This document shows, in pieces, positions 28,487 to 39,367 of a stretch of 64,000 bases of DNA. Position 1 is the first letter of the stretch; each line of letters begins with the position of its first letter. The translations under genes and the position numbers were made by a program. The notes below the pieces were generated by a model. That model was not told the origin of the DNA and did not search any database. It worked only from the letters and a program-made list of their open reading frames with translations. Where the stretch lies: assembly GCA_046759445.1 (NCBI GenBank), contig JBHICG010000002.1, positions 52,763-116,762 on the forward strand. Direction: 5' to 3'. This DNA comes from Candidatus Scalinduaceae bacterium. GTDB taxonomy: Bacteria > Planctomycetota > Brocadiia > Brocadiales > Scalinduaceae.

Positions 28487-31117
28487 TTATTTTTCCAATT
28501 TCTCTTTTAAATTATGAAGTTTGTTGAGGGCATCAATTGGTGTGATTTTTGAGGTGTCAAGATTCTTTAACTCTTGAATCACTTTATTCTCAGGCGTATT
28601 AAAGAGAGGAAGTTGCATTGGTTTAGTTACCTCTTCTTTTTTATTAATAGTCGCAAATTTGGGTTTGCCGTTAATGTCCAGAGTTTCTGCCTCAAGATTG
28701 GCAAGTATTACCTTTGCCCTTCCAATGACCTCATTAGGCATACCAGCCAATCTGGCGACATGGATACCATAGCTTTTATCTGTACCGCCCTCAATAATCT
28801 TTCTTAAGAAGATTATTTCATCTTCCCATTCCCTCACTGCAATGTTAAAGTTTTTGATACCCGGGAAAAGTAAGGCCAATTCGGCAAGTTCGTGGTAGTG
28901 AGTAGCAAACAACGTTCTTGCCTTAAGATGCTCATATATGTATTCTGTTAATGCCCACGCAATACTCACGCCATCAAAGGTACTGGTACCACGACCAACT
29001 TCATCAAGTATTATCAAGCTCTGTTTTGTAGCATTGTTCAGGATATTTGCGGCCTCATTCATCTCCACCATAAATGTACTCTGACCTTTTGCTAATTCAT
29101 CCATTGCCCCCACCCTCGTAAATATACGGTCAACAACACCTATGGTTGCCTCTTTTGCAGGAATAAAACTACCCATCTGTGCCATGAGGACAAGCAAAGC
29201 TACCTGGCGAATGTACGTACTTTTACCTGCCATGTTAGGCCCCGTAATAACCATGATTTGATTATTTACTCCATCGATATCAGTATCATTAGGTATAAAC
29301 TTCTCGCCTATCAGGGTCTTTTCCAGTACAGGATGCCTCCCATCAATAATTCTGAGGCAGTGACCATCTTTAACTACGGGTCTTGAATATCCGCTATCAA
29401 CGGCAATACACGCAAGCGCTGCAATACAATCTAAATGGGCAATAACATCTGCTATCTTTTGAATGCGTTCAGTATATGTGCTTATGTCCTCTCGAATCTC
29501 TTGAAAGATATCATACTCTAATTCCTTTGCCCTTTCATCAGCAGTAAGAACCTTTGCCTCATATTCCTTGAGTTCGGGGGTAATATATCTTTCTGCATTC
29601 TTAAGAGTTTGTTTGCGAATATACGTATCAGGTATATTATTTTTGTGAACATTTGTGATTTCAATATAATATCCAAAAACCTTGTTGTAACCAGCCTTTA
29701 ATGAATTTATGCCTGTCCGTTCAATCTCTTTTGCCTGAAAGTTTGCTATCCAGGTCTTCCCATTCCTACTGGTATTTCGTAACTCATCCAAATTGTGATC
29801 ATAACCTTCTTGTATAATGCCACCTTCACGAACAGAATGAGGTGGTTCGGGAACTATGGCAGTGCTTATAAGCACCCTGACTTCCTCTAATATATCCAGC
29901 GCTTCATAAAGTGATTTAAGAATAGGCGAATTGCAGACAGAAATCATCTTTTTTAATTTTGGTAATACAGAAATCGATTGCTTTAGTGAAATAAGGTCTC
30001 TTGCGTTTGCTCGACCAAAGCTGATTTTCGTAGAGATCCTTTCAATATCATAAACGTCCTTCAAATGTTCCCTGATTTCCTTGCACAGGTTTTTATTATC
30101 ATATAATTCCTCAACCCCATCCTGTCTAAATCTTATATCCTCTGACGTACAAAGCGGACTTATCAACCAGCCTTTTATTAGACGTCCTCCCATGGGAGTT
30201 TTAGTCTTATCAATTATACCAAGCAGGGAACCTTCCTTTTGATGCGTTCTTATCGTCTTAACCAGTTCTAAACTTTGTTGTGTTGAATGATCTAACATCA
30301 GACGATTTCGACTTGAGAATTTTTCAATTCTATGGATATGTTTAAGTGATGTTTTTTGTGTTTCGTTCAGGTAATTCATTAATGCACCTGCTGCGTTTAT
30401 GGATGGGCCGGAATCTTCACAACCAAATCCCTCCAGCGAAGAAGTGCCAAAATGACTAATGAGCCTGCTATATGCCGTCTCTCGCGTAAATTCCCAATCC
30501 GCACGATATGTTATCATCGTGCTAAAATCTCCAGACAATCTTTTCGGAAGGTCAAACTCTTTAAAAGTAAAATTTTCTGGCAGAATACACTCAGATGGAT
30601 TTATCCTCGTTAATTCATCCATTAAACGAACCTCACTAATGTCCTGTATCATGAATTTACCGGTAGAAATATCAACCCACGATAAACCAATACTATCGTC
30701 ATTTAAAAACATGGATAAAAGATAATTGTTGTCCTTATCATTCAGCATTGCATCTTCAGTAAGTGTGCCAGGTGTTATGATCCTTATAACATCTCGTTCA
30801 ACTATTTCCCCTGTCTCCATTTTTGAGCTGGATTTTCTTAAGCTATCTTGTATCTGCTCACATACAGCAACCTTATATCCAGCCTTAATCAACTTTTGGA
30901 TATAAGACTCGGCTGCGTGATGAGGTATACCGGCCATAGGTACAGCCTTTTCTCCTTTAGACCTTGAGGTCAAAGCAATACCAAGAATTTTCGTTGCAAT
31001 CTTGGCATCATCATAGAACATCTCATAAAAGTCACCCATACGGAAAAACAATAATGCATCCTCATGTTTCCTCTTTATGCTCATATATTGTTTCATCATG
31101 GGGGTTGAAAAAGTCAT
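28487..31117 (-). CDS. mutS: DNA mismatch repair protein MutS
   Basis: TPMMKQY, FFRMGDFYEMF, TGPNMAGKST, STFMVEM, LDEVGRGTST, FATHYHEL, SYGIHVARLAG. Confidence 0.98.
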   Translation of the reverse strand: MTFSTPMMKQYMSIKRKHEDALLFFRMGDFYEMFYDDAKIATKILGIALTSRSKGEKAVPMAGIPHHAAESYIQKLIKAGYKVAVCEQIQDSLRKSSSKMETGEIVERDVIRIITPGTLTEDAMLNDKDNNYLLSMFLNDDSIGLSWVDISTGKFMIQDISEVRLMDELTRINPSECILPENFTFKEFDLPKRLSGDFSTMITYRADWEFTRETAYSRLISHFGTSSLEGFGCEDSGPSINAAGALMNYLNETQKTSLKHIHRIEKFSSRNRLMLDHSTQQSLELVKTIRTHQKEGSLLGIIDKTKTPMGGRLIKGWLISPLCTSEDIRFRQDGVEELYDNKNLCKEIREHLKDVYDIERISTKISFGRANARDLISLKQSISVLPKLKKMISVCNSPILKSLYEALDILEEVRVLISTAIVPEPPHSVREGGIIQEGYDHNLDELRNTSRNGKTWIANFQAKEIERTGINSLKAGYNKVFGYYIEITNVHKNNIPDTYIRKQTLKNAERYITPELKEYEAKVLTADERAKELEYDIFQEIREDISTYTERIQKIADVIAHLDCIAALACIAVDSGYSRPVVKDGHCLRIIDGRHPVLEKTLIGEKFIPNDTDIDGVNNQIMVITGPNMAGKSTYIRQVALLVLMAQMGSFIPAKEATIGVVDRIFTRVGAMDELAKGQSTFMVEMNEAANILNNATKQSLIILDEVGRGTSTFDGVSIAWALTEYIYEHLKARTLFATHYHELAELALLFPGIKNFNIAVREWEDEIIFLRKIIEGGTDKSYGIHVARLAGMPNEVIGRAKVILANLEAETLDINGKPKFATINKKEEVTKPMQLPLFNTPENKVIQELKNLDTSKITPIDALNKLHNLKEKLEK

Positions 31118-31358
31118 CTTACATCCTTTTTTACTAAAGGGTTGTAATCAAAATCCGAATCTAGTGATTTCTTAAAATACACCTACCATTACGGAATGTC
31201 AAGATATAGACTAAGTATCTATTTAATAAAGACCAAAAAAAATTGGAAGTTCTAAATTGAATTATGATAGTATTAAAGAGAAAAAGAAGGTGTTTTAAAT
31301 TACCTAGTTTTTATGAATTCTTGAAATAGAACTTTTTTGAAGAAAGGAGTGAAAAACG

Positions 31359-31691
31359 ATGTCTAAACTGGCCAGTAAACAATGTGTACCTTGTATGGGC
31401 GGTGTACCGCCTTTGAAAGGTGAGGAACTTGAACGACTTAGCGAGCAAGTAAAAGGATGGGACGTAAATGAAGAGCATCACATTTCCAAGACATACAAAT
31501 TCCCCAACTTCGTAAAAGCGCTTGCGTTTGTCAACAAAGTGGGTGAAATTGCAGAACAACAGGGACACCATCCAGACATCTTTCTGACCTGGGGGAAGGT
31601 TCGTATTAAAACATGGACTCATAAGATAGATGGTCTGACAGAAAGTGACTTTATCCTTGCCGCTAAGATTGATGAGATCCCTATTGTCTAG
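31359..31691 (+). CDS. pterin-4-alpha-carbinolamine dehydratase
   Basis: AEQQGHHPDI, WTHKIDGLTESDFILAAKID; AGGAG RBS. Confidence 0.93.
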   Translation: MSKLASKQCVPCMGGVPPLKGEELERLSEQVKGWDVNEEHHISKTYKFPNFVKALAFVNKVGEIAEQQGHHPDIFLTWGKVRIKTWTHKIDGLTESDFILAAKIDEIPIV

Positions 31692-31913
31692 CAGTTGTAC
31701 TATATAACCTAAATTCCAGAGTTATAATCGTCTGCTATTCTCTGGTAAAAATAGCAAAAGCTGTGGTGCAGTACTGAATAAAGAATTATCCAGAGTCAAT
31801 TAATTGGTACTTTTACATTTATGTCTAGGAATTTCAAAGATAAGATTCTTCGTCATGGAGTTTACCCTCGAGCCTGTCAATCTGAATACAAAGTTCGAAG
31901 ACTCTAAAAAGTA

Positions 31914-32318
31914 AGATTCTTCGGTCGCTTAGCTCCCTCAGAATGACAGGTGAAGGGTACCTCAGAATGACATCGTGGTGATGAAAGTGTTACTCTTCGC
32001 CAGGCTGTCCGAGAATAAACAAAAGCACCATTTTTGTCATTCTGACCCCGCTGCTTTCTTGCCGAAAGTAGGCTCTGTAAGAGCGAAAGCAAGAAGCGGG
32101 GTCAGAATCTTTAATTATAAGTATTTACAGAAGTATTAGATTCCGGATCAAGTCTGGGTGTGATTCTGTCTGTCCTTCGGACAGTTTAGCAGAATCACCT
32201 AAGCAATTCTGCAACAACAGAATTGCCAATGACAATTCTCGGACAACCTGTTGCTCCCAGACTGTGTTACAATTATAAAAATGCACTCAATGTCATTCTG
32301 GAGCGTAGCGAAGAATCC
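31914..32318. repeat. cluster of GTCATT/AATGAC-ended hairpin repeats
   Basis: AGATTCTTCGGTCG...CCTCAGAATGACA, GTCATTCTGA...AGAATC; relatives near 34555, 39183, 39261, 40522, 40600, 42733 and 42910. Confidence 0.7.
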
Positions 32319-32323
32319 AACTT

Positions 32324-32785
32324 GTGGCAAGAGATTTCGTGATTAATATACAGAAAACTAGAACAATTGTTATGAAAACTATAGAAAAAATAGGGTTAAT
32401 ATATTATTTAAGTAAGAAGCGGTTTCTTAAGAAAGGAATAAAAGTTTTGGATATTGCACCTTCAATGGCTTGTAAAAGATATTTTGAAAGAAGAGATATT
32501 GATTATATTTCTATTAATATACAAAGGCCATTAAATCCTCAATCGATTAAAACACAGATGGATTTAACTATGTTAGGTTTTAAGAACGAAAAGTTTGATT
32601 TGGTAATTATAAGTCATGTTCTGGATTATATAAAAAAGGATATACAAGCACTAAAGGAATCATACAGGGTATTAAAAAAAAGTGGGAAATGTCTTATACT
32701 AATTCCCTTTTACGGAGACAGAATTATTACTGAAGAATTAAACAAAATTATAATTTTCCAGTATGTAATTTATGTATTTACCTAA
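32324..32785 (+). pseudogene. truncated class I SAM methyltransferase
   Basis: KVLDIAPS, FDLVIISHVLDYI, YRVLKKSGK; ends abruptly, overlapping the next fragment. Confidence 0.6.
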
Positions 32786-33137
32786 GGATCCAAATATTAT
32801 TTATTTATCACAAACATTTCCATCTGTTACCACAACATTTGAATTAAATGAGATATATGAACTTGAAAGATCAGGATGCAAAATAGAATTATTTTCTCTG
32901 AAACGACCTTGCCACACTATAGTACATAATAAAGCCCGAAGCTTTGTAAGCGGGGTTACTTATGCCTCTCCCATCTCCCTTTGGAAGGGAATGTCAGCGA
33001 ATCTTTATTTTTTGTTTTCATCTCCTTTAAATTATCTTGAAGCCCTTTTTTTGCACATAATATTTTTTTTATTGCCGTATCATTACCATGAAGTTTCTGT
33101 TTTTATAAAGTCCGTATACCTTGCAAAGATTATGTGA
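32772..33137 (+). pseudogene. glycosyltransferase (GT4/WcaL-like) N-terminal fragment
   Basis: YLSQTFPSVTTTFELNEIYELERSG...FSLKRP; lacks the catalytic C-terminal domain. Confidence 0.6.
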
Positions 33138-33382
33138 ACTTTATAGATGCATTTTGAGGTTTCTAAGAAAGGAAGGTATTTTATAGATCGGTGGGTGACA
33201 ACTTTCAATATTGATAACTGTAGGATTTTTGTCGTAATTACTCTATAACTTGTAATGGCAATTTAACCATCATAAAAAACTTGACAATTTGCAACAAACT
33301 TATATATATTTATACGCTTTGCTGAAAGAACATTTTCAAGATATTAGAATTTGTAACTATAATTTAGACTTAATGGAGGTTT

Positions 33383-33574
33383 ATGATGAAAGCAAAAGTA
33401 GATGCGGATACTTGTACAGGTTGCGAACTTTGTGTGCAAACATGCCCTGAGGTTTTTGAAATGGAAGACGACTTAGCTGTCGCAAAGGTTGATGAAGTTC
33501 CGGCGGATGCAGAAGAAACCTGCAGACAGGCAGCCGAAGAATGTCCTGTTGAAGCAATAATTATTGAAGAATAA
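33383..33574 (+). CDS. ferredoxin, single 4Fe-4S type
   Basis: CTGCELCVQTCPEVF...CPVEAI; GGAGG RBS. Confidence 0.92.
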   Translation: MMKAKVDADTCTGCELCVQTCPEVFEMEDDLAVAKVDEVPADAEETCRQAAEECPVEAIIIEE

Positions 33575-33713
33575 TTATTGTGTGAAAACCGCAGGATAAG
33601 TATTTTGCCACAGAAGACAAATGGAATGTTGTGCGTGTCCGTGTTTAAGCTGTCTAAAGTTCTCTACGAACATTTCAGAACTGTTTTGAAGATTGTATGG
33701 GAAGTGATATAGT

Positions 33714-34424
33714 TTATGGAAATCTGCTCAGTACGATATCCGAGTACCAAGCCTCAACCTTTCCGTGAGTTCGATCAGCATTGGTCTGAAGCCCCACGTA
33801 GATAATTACGGGTGGTTCCTCTCCAAATTCCTGGGTATAGTCCTCATAATGGTTCACCTTGTAGCTTAACCACTTACCAGCATCTTTTTCACCACTCTGG
33901 ACTATTATCATCTTTGCCCTGGCCTCACATGGATTTTTAAAACGTTCTCCCACAGTCAGGTTATTTCCGTATGCATATATTAAGATCTTGTATTTGTATG
34001 GTATCCCCAAAAACATTTTCCCGTAGACCACACACACGGCAGCGGGGTAATCATCACCACCCACTTCCTTCTCTCTACTGTTCGGCAGGATATTAGAGAT
34101 CTTCCAGTTCCAACTCAAAAATGGATATTCTTTTGGGCCAAGATTAAGTGGTTTAAAGAGAATAGCACCACTATCATTTGCTTTTACATAAAGTGTATTT
34201 TTACCTTCTATTTTTACAAGCTTAGGCATAATCCTGTTCTTAATCTCCCTGCAGATTCCCTTATGGGTTTTCCAACCTATAGGTTCACCCTTAGCCATCT
34301 CTTGTTCATTGAAAGTGGTGATAAGAATAGAATCTTTTAGTGGCATTTCAGAAGCTGTGGCACAGGAAAAGGGAAAGAAGATAGTCATAATGATCAAGCC
34401 TCTCATAAAAGGCACGTCAAACAT
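33714..34424 (-). CDS. DUF3047-like exported protein
   Basis: YPFLSWNWKI, GGDDYPAAV, QTNADRT pattern; N-terminal signal. Confidence 0.75.
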   Translation of the reverse strand: MFDVPFMRGLIIMTIFFPFSCATASEMPLKDSILITTFNEQEMAKGEPIGWKTHKGICREIKNRIMPKLVKIEGKNTLYVKANDSGAILFKPLNLGPKEYPFLSWNWKISNILPNSREKEVGGDDYPAAVCVVYGKMFLGIPYKYKILIYAYGNNLTVGERFKNPCEARAKMIIVQSGEKDAGKWLSYKVNHYEDYTQEFGEEPPVIIYVGLQTNADRTHGKVEAWYSDIVLSRFP

Positions 34425-34610
34425 TTTGGGTTCACCGCAAAGAATGCAGAGATAATAGAGAAAATTCTTAATATATCAAAAATAAAAGGGCGAAGACTTA
34501 ATTTCTAAAAGAAGTATTTACCCTTTAGGGTTTTATAATAGGCTGCCCATGCATGTCATTCTGAGCCGTAGGTGAAGAATCTCTTACTTAGTAATCTCTG
34601 TGGTAAGTGA

Positions 34611-35618
34611 TTATAATAATCTTTCAGCAATCTGGACTGCATTCAAGGCAGCGCCTTTCAATAAATTATCACTTACAATCCACAGGTTTAGTCCGTTTTC
34701 AACTGAGTTATCTTCCCTTATCCTTCCGACAAATGTTTCGTCTTTGCCTGCCGCATCAGTTGCCAGTGGATATAACTGCCTTGACGGATCATCAATGACG
34801 ACTAAACCCTCAGCCTTGCTCAGCAAGTTCCTTGCCTCATCGGCGTTTATCTTTGCTTCAGTTTCTATATTAACCGATTCACTATGCCCTCTAAAAACTG
34901 GCACCCTTACGGTGGTCGCAGTCATACATAAAGAATTGTCATCCAATATCTTTTTTGTTTCATTAATCATCTTCATTTCTTCTTCTGTGTAACCGTTTTG
35001 CAAAAAGGCGTTACTCTGTGGTATCTGAGGCAGGACATTAAATGCGATCTGATGAGGAAATACGTTTCGGTTATAATTGTCTTCATTAGAAAGCAGATAT
35101 TCACTCTCCCTCCTTAATTCGTCCATGGCCTTTAGCCCAGCCCCTGATACCGCCTGATATGTTGATACCACGACCCTCTTGATCTTTACGGCATCATGTA
35201 ACGGTTTTAAAACCAGGACAAGTTGGATTGTTGAGCAGTTTGGATTTGCAATTATGCCATTATGCTCTGTTATCTTATTTGCATTTACTTCTGGTACTAC
35301 AAGGGGCACATCATCGTCCATTCTGAAGGCGCTTGTGTTGTCCACAACAACGCTGTTGCCCTCAATAGCATATGGTGCAAATTCCCTGCTTATGGTACCA
35401 CCCGCGCTAAAAAGGGCAATGTTTATGCCTTCAAAGGAGTCCTTAGTTAATTCTTGTATCTGTATTTCATTTCCCCTGAAAACCACCTTCTTTCCTGCTG
35501 AACGACTTGAGGCAAGTGGCCTTATCGTATCGGCGGGAAAGTTCCTTCTTTCGAGCACCTTGAGCATTTCCGCTCCTACTGCTCCGGTAGCTCCAACTAT
35601 TGCGACATTAACCCCCAT
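34611..35618 (-). CDS. asd: aspartate-semialdehyde dehydrogenase
   Basis: VGATGAVG, DNTSAFRM, ANPNCSTIQ, YQAVSGAG, DNLLKGAALNAVQIAE. Confidence 0.97.
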   Translation of the reverse strand: MGVNVAIVGATGAVGAEMLKVLERRNFPADTIRPLASSRSAGKKVVFRGNEIQIQELTKDSFEGINIALFSAGGTISREFAPYAIEGNSVVVDNTSAFRMDDDVPLVVPEVNANKITEHNGIIANPNCSTIQLVLVLKPLHDAVKIKRVVVSTYQAVSGAGLKAMDELRRESEYLLSNEDNYNRNVFPHQIAFNVLPQIPQSNAFLQNGYTEEEMKMINETKKILDDNSLCMTATTVRVPVFRGHSESVNIETEAKINADEARNLLSKAEGLVVIDDPSRQLYPLATDAAGKDETFVGRIREDNSVENGLNLWIVSDNLLKGAALNAVQIAERLL

Positions 35619-35691
35619 TCAATCTTGCTCCTTTTTTATATATTTTCCAGTGGTATTCCGTGTAACTCAGTGGTAAACTTTCCTCTCCTTT

Positions 35692-36657
35692 TTATTTGAC
35701 TCTGATTAAGATATCATCACTGATTCCTAGTTTGTTCTTTGTTTTATGAATCTGAGATAAAAATCTTTTGGCATCTTCTGGATAACCTGCAGTTGGCTTT
35801 ATGTCGTGTACCCTCTCTTGCCAGTACTCATTAAATAATCTTATAAATAGTTCTCGTATGTATTTACTGAACATTGATGCAAGCGCAGTTGGAAAATACT
35901 TTGAGTCTGCACCTACTGCAAATGATACATTCATCTTTCTTCTCTCATTGCTAATCTTATACGTTGATATTGAATTTCCCTCCAAAATAGCGTTTACGTT
36001 ACATCCCTCAAAACTATTTGCCAGTAATTTATGATAGTGATTTCTTCCCCCGTGTTTATCGATTAAGACTTGAGGTTCATTTTTCCCAAATTGCTCAAAT
36101 ATTCCTTTAAGATGTTTTTCGCTGTTCTTAAAAAGGAGTAAAGATTTGTTTCCGTAAAGTTTTAGCTGCTTGTTTATTTCATACGCACAAATAAAGATGC
36201 TCTTGACTTCAAGCAAACTTACCTCTTGTAGACTTATAGTGTTTTTGACGAGGTCAACATAATTCAGGATGGCAGATACATTTGATGCGACTGGTAAATC
36301 TATATCTTTTCCTTTATACCATGGATATTTATTAAATACTTCTTCGTTGTAGTTTGACAATAATTTTAACAAATCAGAAAATCTTGTTACTTGACCTTTT
36401 GTACACCAGATAAAGGATAAAACTGCTTCCTCCAAAATTTTTAATCCACTTTTTTGTGAATATATTTTTTTACTGTCATGTACAACTACACGGTTACGGC
36501 GTTTTTGAATCTTATCTGAAATCGCCTCTTTGAGTAAGTGCCAGATGTTAATTTTATTGTTATATTTAACAGGTATGTCAATGGCGACAGTGGTTAACAC
36601 AAGTGGCCCCAATTTCGGGCCGTAACCAGCCTCGTCAATACCCGCAATTATTGACAT
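35692..36657 (-). CDS. RNase HII-like protein
   Basis: AGIDEAGYGP, DSKKIY, IDKHGGRN, ADSKYFPTALASMFSKY, AGYPED. Confidence 0.75.
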   Translation of the reverse strand: MSIIAGIDEAGYGPKLGPLVLTTVAIDIPVKYNNKINIWHLLKEAISDKIQKRRNRVVVHDSKKIYSQKSGLKILEEAVLSFIWCTKGQVTRFSDLLKLLSNYNEEVFNKYPWYKGKDIDLPVASNVSAILNYVDLVKNTISLQEVSLLEVKSIFICAYEINKQLKLYGNKSLLLFKNSEKHLKGIFEQFGKNEPQVLIDKHGGRNHYHKLLANSFEGCNVNAILEGNSISTYKISNERRKMNVSFAVGADSKYFPTALASMFSKYIRELFIRLFNEYWQERVHDIKPTAGYPEDAKRFLSQIHKTKNKLGISDDILIRVK

Positions 36658-37015
36658 CTTTTTACGATTTCTTAAATTTTTCTTTGAGAATTATAAATGG
36701 AAATATTAAAAAAACAAAAGGCATCTTGGATTATAACGCATGGGTTAAGGCTGTCAAGAAACCATTTGTAGTCGAATAACCGGAGATTTATACAACCCTG
36801 CTAACTCTATTATATTTTGGAACACTACTCACAATTGGAATGGTTGAATAATAATATTGGGTCTGGCTCCACGCCATTAGTTAATAAACCTTAAAAAGTA
36901 TTGACAGCTAAAATGTTTTATGCGATAAATAGTCTTAATTACAAAAAAAAAAATTAACAAAGCCAACATGATTACCAAACTTAATATCAACAAGTTATAG
37001 GTTTTTCACAAAGTT

Positions 37016-37459
37016 ATGACAAAAATGATAGAAGGTAAAGTTGTTAGAATACTTGATGAATACAGCATAGTTATCAATGTCGGCAGAAACGATGTGGTAT
37101 CAGAAGGCATGGTTTTTGCGGTTTTTACGCAGAGTGATGACGAAATAAAAGATCCAGATAATGGTGAAGTCCTCGGGAAGCTGGAAAACGTAAAAGACTA
37201 TGTCACCGTAGCTCATGTTCAAGAAAAATTTTCCACCTGTGTTGCAAGAGGGCAGGAAAAAATAACTAAAGAGAGTCAAAGCTCTGGTGTTCAAACTCTT
37301 AGTGGGGCTATGATGGCTGAATCTATGACAGCAAGACCAGGTGGCTATAAAGTCGGTACTGAGAAGTTAAATGTTAACGTCTCTCAGATTATGGGTATGC
37401 CGCAATCTGGCCCAATTTCAGTTGGTGATAGAGTACGTTCTGTTGGGATAAAAGTATAA
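37016..37459 (+). CDS. hypothetical protein
   Basis: GKVVRILDEYSIVINVG...IKDPDNGEVLGKLE; TTGACA-N17-GATAAA-like promoter near 36901. Confidence 0.7.
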   Translation: MTKMIEGKVVRILDEYSIVINVGRNDVVSEGMVFAVFTQSDDEIKDPDNGEVLGKLENVKDYVTVAHVQEKFSTCVARGQEKITKESQSSGVQTLSGAMMAESMTARPGGYKVGTEKLNVNVSQIMGMPQSGPISVGDRVRSVGIKV

Positions 37460-37711
37460 AATCTAAAGATATCGCTACTTCTTTTTTAACCTCCAAGATA
37501 TTAATCTCTAATTCAACAATTTCTTGCTTTTTCTATCAGAATATTTATTAATGAAATTTCCCCAAATATCTGACAAGCGCTAAATTCGAAACCCGAAGCA
37601 CGAAATGTGAAATAAATTCAATGTACTGCACCCCTTTTATCAAGCAGCAAAATTTGTATTTGTGAAAATTGTAATATCAACAAGACGTTTATTGAAAAGA
37701 GAACCTAAATT

Positions 37712-39058
37712 ATGAGAATTCTCAGATCACAAGATGGCAGTATTATGCGTGATATTGAAAAGATTAAACAGGAATTGTGTATATTTGCCGATACGGTGAC
37801 AGAGGTGATGTACGAAAAGACTAAAGAGGTATTTGGTGAACCACAATCTCCTCTGGAAAGTGTCAAACGCATTGTCAATGATGTGAGGGAAAAGGGTGAT
37901 GATGCCCTGGAGTATTATTCAGAAAAATTTGACAGAGTTACTTTGCCTGCAGAGGATTTTAGAGTTGAAGATTCTGAGATTGAGGATGCCTATAAGAGGG
38001 TGTCTTCAAATTTTATAAGTGCTATAAAAAATGCGAGAGAAAATATCCGAGTGTTTCAAGAATATATACGCGTCCGTGAACCTAAACCATTCTTTTCGAA
38101 TGGTGCAAAAATAAACGTAAAATATGAACCCATTGAAAACATAGGAATTTATATCCCCGGGGGTTCTGCTTCATATCCATCTACAGTTCTGATGAATGCG
38201 ATACCCGCAAGGGTTGCAGGAGTAAAGAAAATTACAGTTGTTTCGCCGCCCGGAGCGGATGGAAATATATCACCTGAAAGGCTGGTTGCATGTAAGGAAT
38301 CATATGTAGATGAAGTTTATAAGATTGGTGGAGTCCACGTGATTGCAGCCCTCACATTTGGCACCAATACAATCCAAAAGGTGGATAAGATAGTTGGACC
38401 TGGCAATATCTTTGTAACGCTTGCAAAGAGAGAGGTCTTTGGGTATGTGGGGATAGATATACTAGCAGGTCCAAGTGAAGTCTTAATAATAACTGATGAT
38501 ATTGAGAATTGTGCTTACGTTGCATCTGATTTACTGTCGCAGGCGGAACATGCCCCGGGTATTTCGATGTTGGTTACATGTTCTGAAGAACTTGCCAATA
38601 AAGTACAGGACGAAATATCTAAACAGCTTAAGAATTTATCTCGATGTGATTCAATCAAAGAATCAATCGACAAATTTGGTTTTGTCATTATTACGAAAGA
38701 TTTGAATGAGGCTGTAGATATTTCAAATGCCCTGGCTCCGGAACATCTGCAGGTTGTCGTGAGAAATAATGAAGAAGGAGTTTTATCCAGGATAAAACAT
38801 GCAGGCGCTATTTTTGTTGGTCCATTTACACCTGTGGCAGTTGGAGACTACATTGCCGGACCTTCACACGTTCTCCCGACTGGTGGGACAGCAAGGTTTT
38901 TCTCAGGACTGTCGGTAAATGATTTTTTGAAGAGGACGAGCGTAATTACATATTCAAAAGACGTTTTGGAATCATCAGCCAGGGACATAATTACAATTGC
39001 AGAGGCAGAAGGCCTGGAGGCACATGCTCAATCTATTCGTATAAGGGTAGATAAATAA
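37712..39058 (+). CDS. hisD: histidinol dehydrogenase
   Basis: GIYIPGG, KIVGPGN, AGPSEV, DLLSQAEH, APEHL, GDYIAGPSHVLPT. Confidence 0.97.
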   Translation: MRILRSQDGSIMRDIEKIKQELCIFADTVTEVMYEKTKEVFGEPQSPLESVKRIVNDVREKGDDALEYYSEKFDRVTLPAEDFRVEDSEIEDAYKRVSSNFISAIKNARENIRVFQEYIRVREPKPFFSNGAKINVKYEPIENIGIYIPGGSASYPSTVLMNAIPARVAGVKKITVVSPPGADGNISPERLVACKESYVDEVYKIGGVHVIAALTFGTNTIQKVDKIVGPGNIFVTLAKREVFGYVGIDILAGPSEVLIITDDIENCAYVASDLLSQAEHAPGISMLVTCSEELANKVQDEISKQLKNLSRCDSIKESIDKFGFVIITKDLNEAVDISNALAPEHLQVVVRNNEEGVLSRIKHAGAIFVGPFTPVAVGDYIAGPSHVLPTGGTARFFSGLSVNDFLKRTSVITYSKDVLESSARDIITIAEAEGLEAHAQSIRIRVDK

Positions 39059-39367
39059 ATCAAAAAATAGATTTAGAGAATTCTTTGGACAGGATTTACA
39101 GGATAAACAAGTTATTGTAAGCCTAATAATATAGACTTGTCCTTGAGTAAAAACGAAGGAATGATAGTTGGTTTTTCCCCTAGTCATTTTGAACGAAGTG
39201 AAGAATCTCTTGTAAGTATGCCAATAGATGATTTGTGAGGTTAATGTGATTTCCATAAAAAGATTCTTCGGTCGTTCCTTCCTCAGAATGACATGTATGT
39301 TATTAAAACCTTTGAGGTTGCATTGTTATGTAAAAAAGTTTGCCCGAAGGGCAATAAATTCAAAAAG

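Noticed and set aside
31914..32318. Structured ncRNA or riboswitch
   Set aside because: The same hairpin motifs recur at many intergenic sites in both orientations, which fits REP/MITE repeats.
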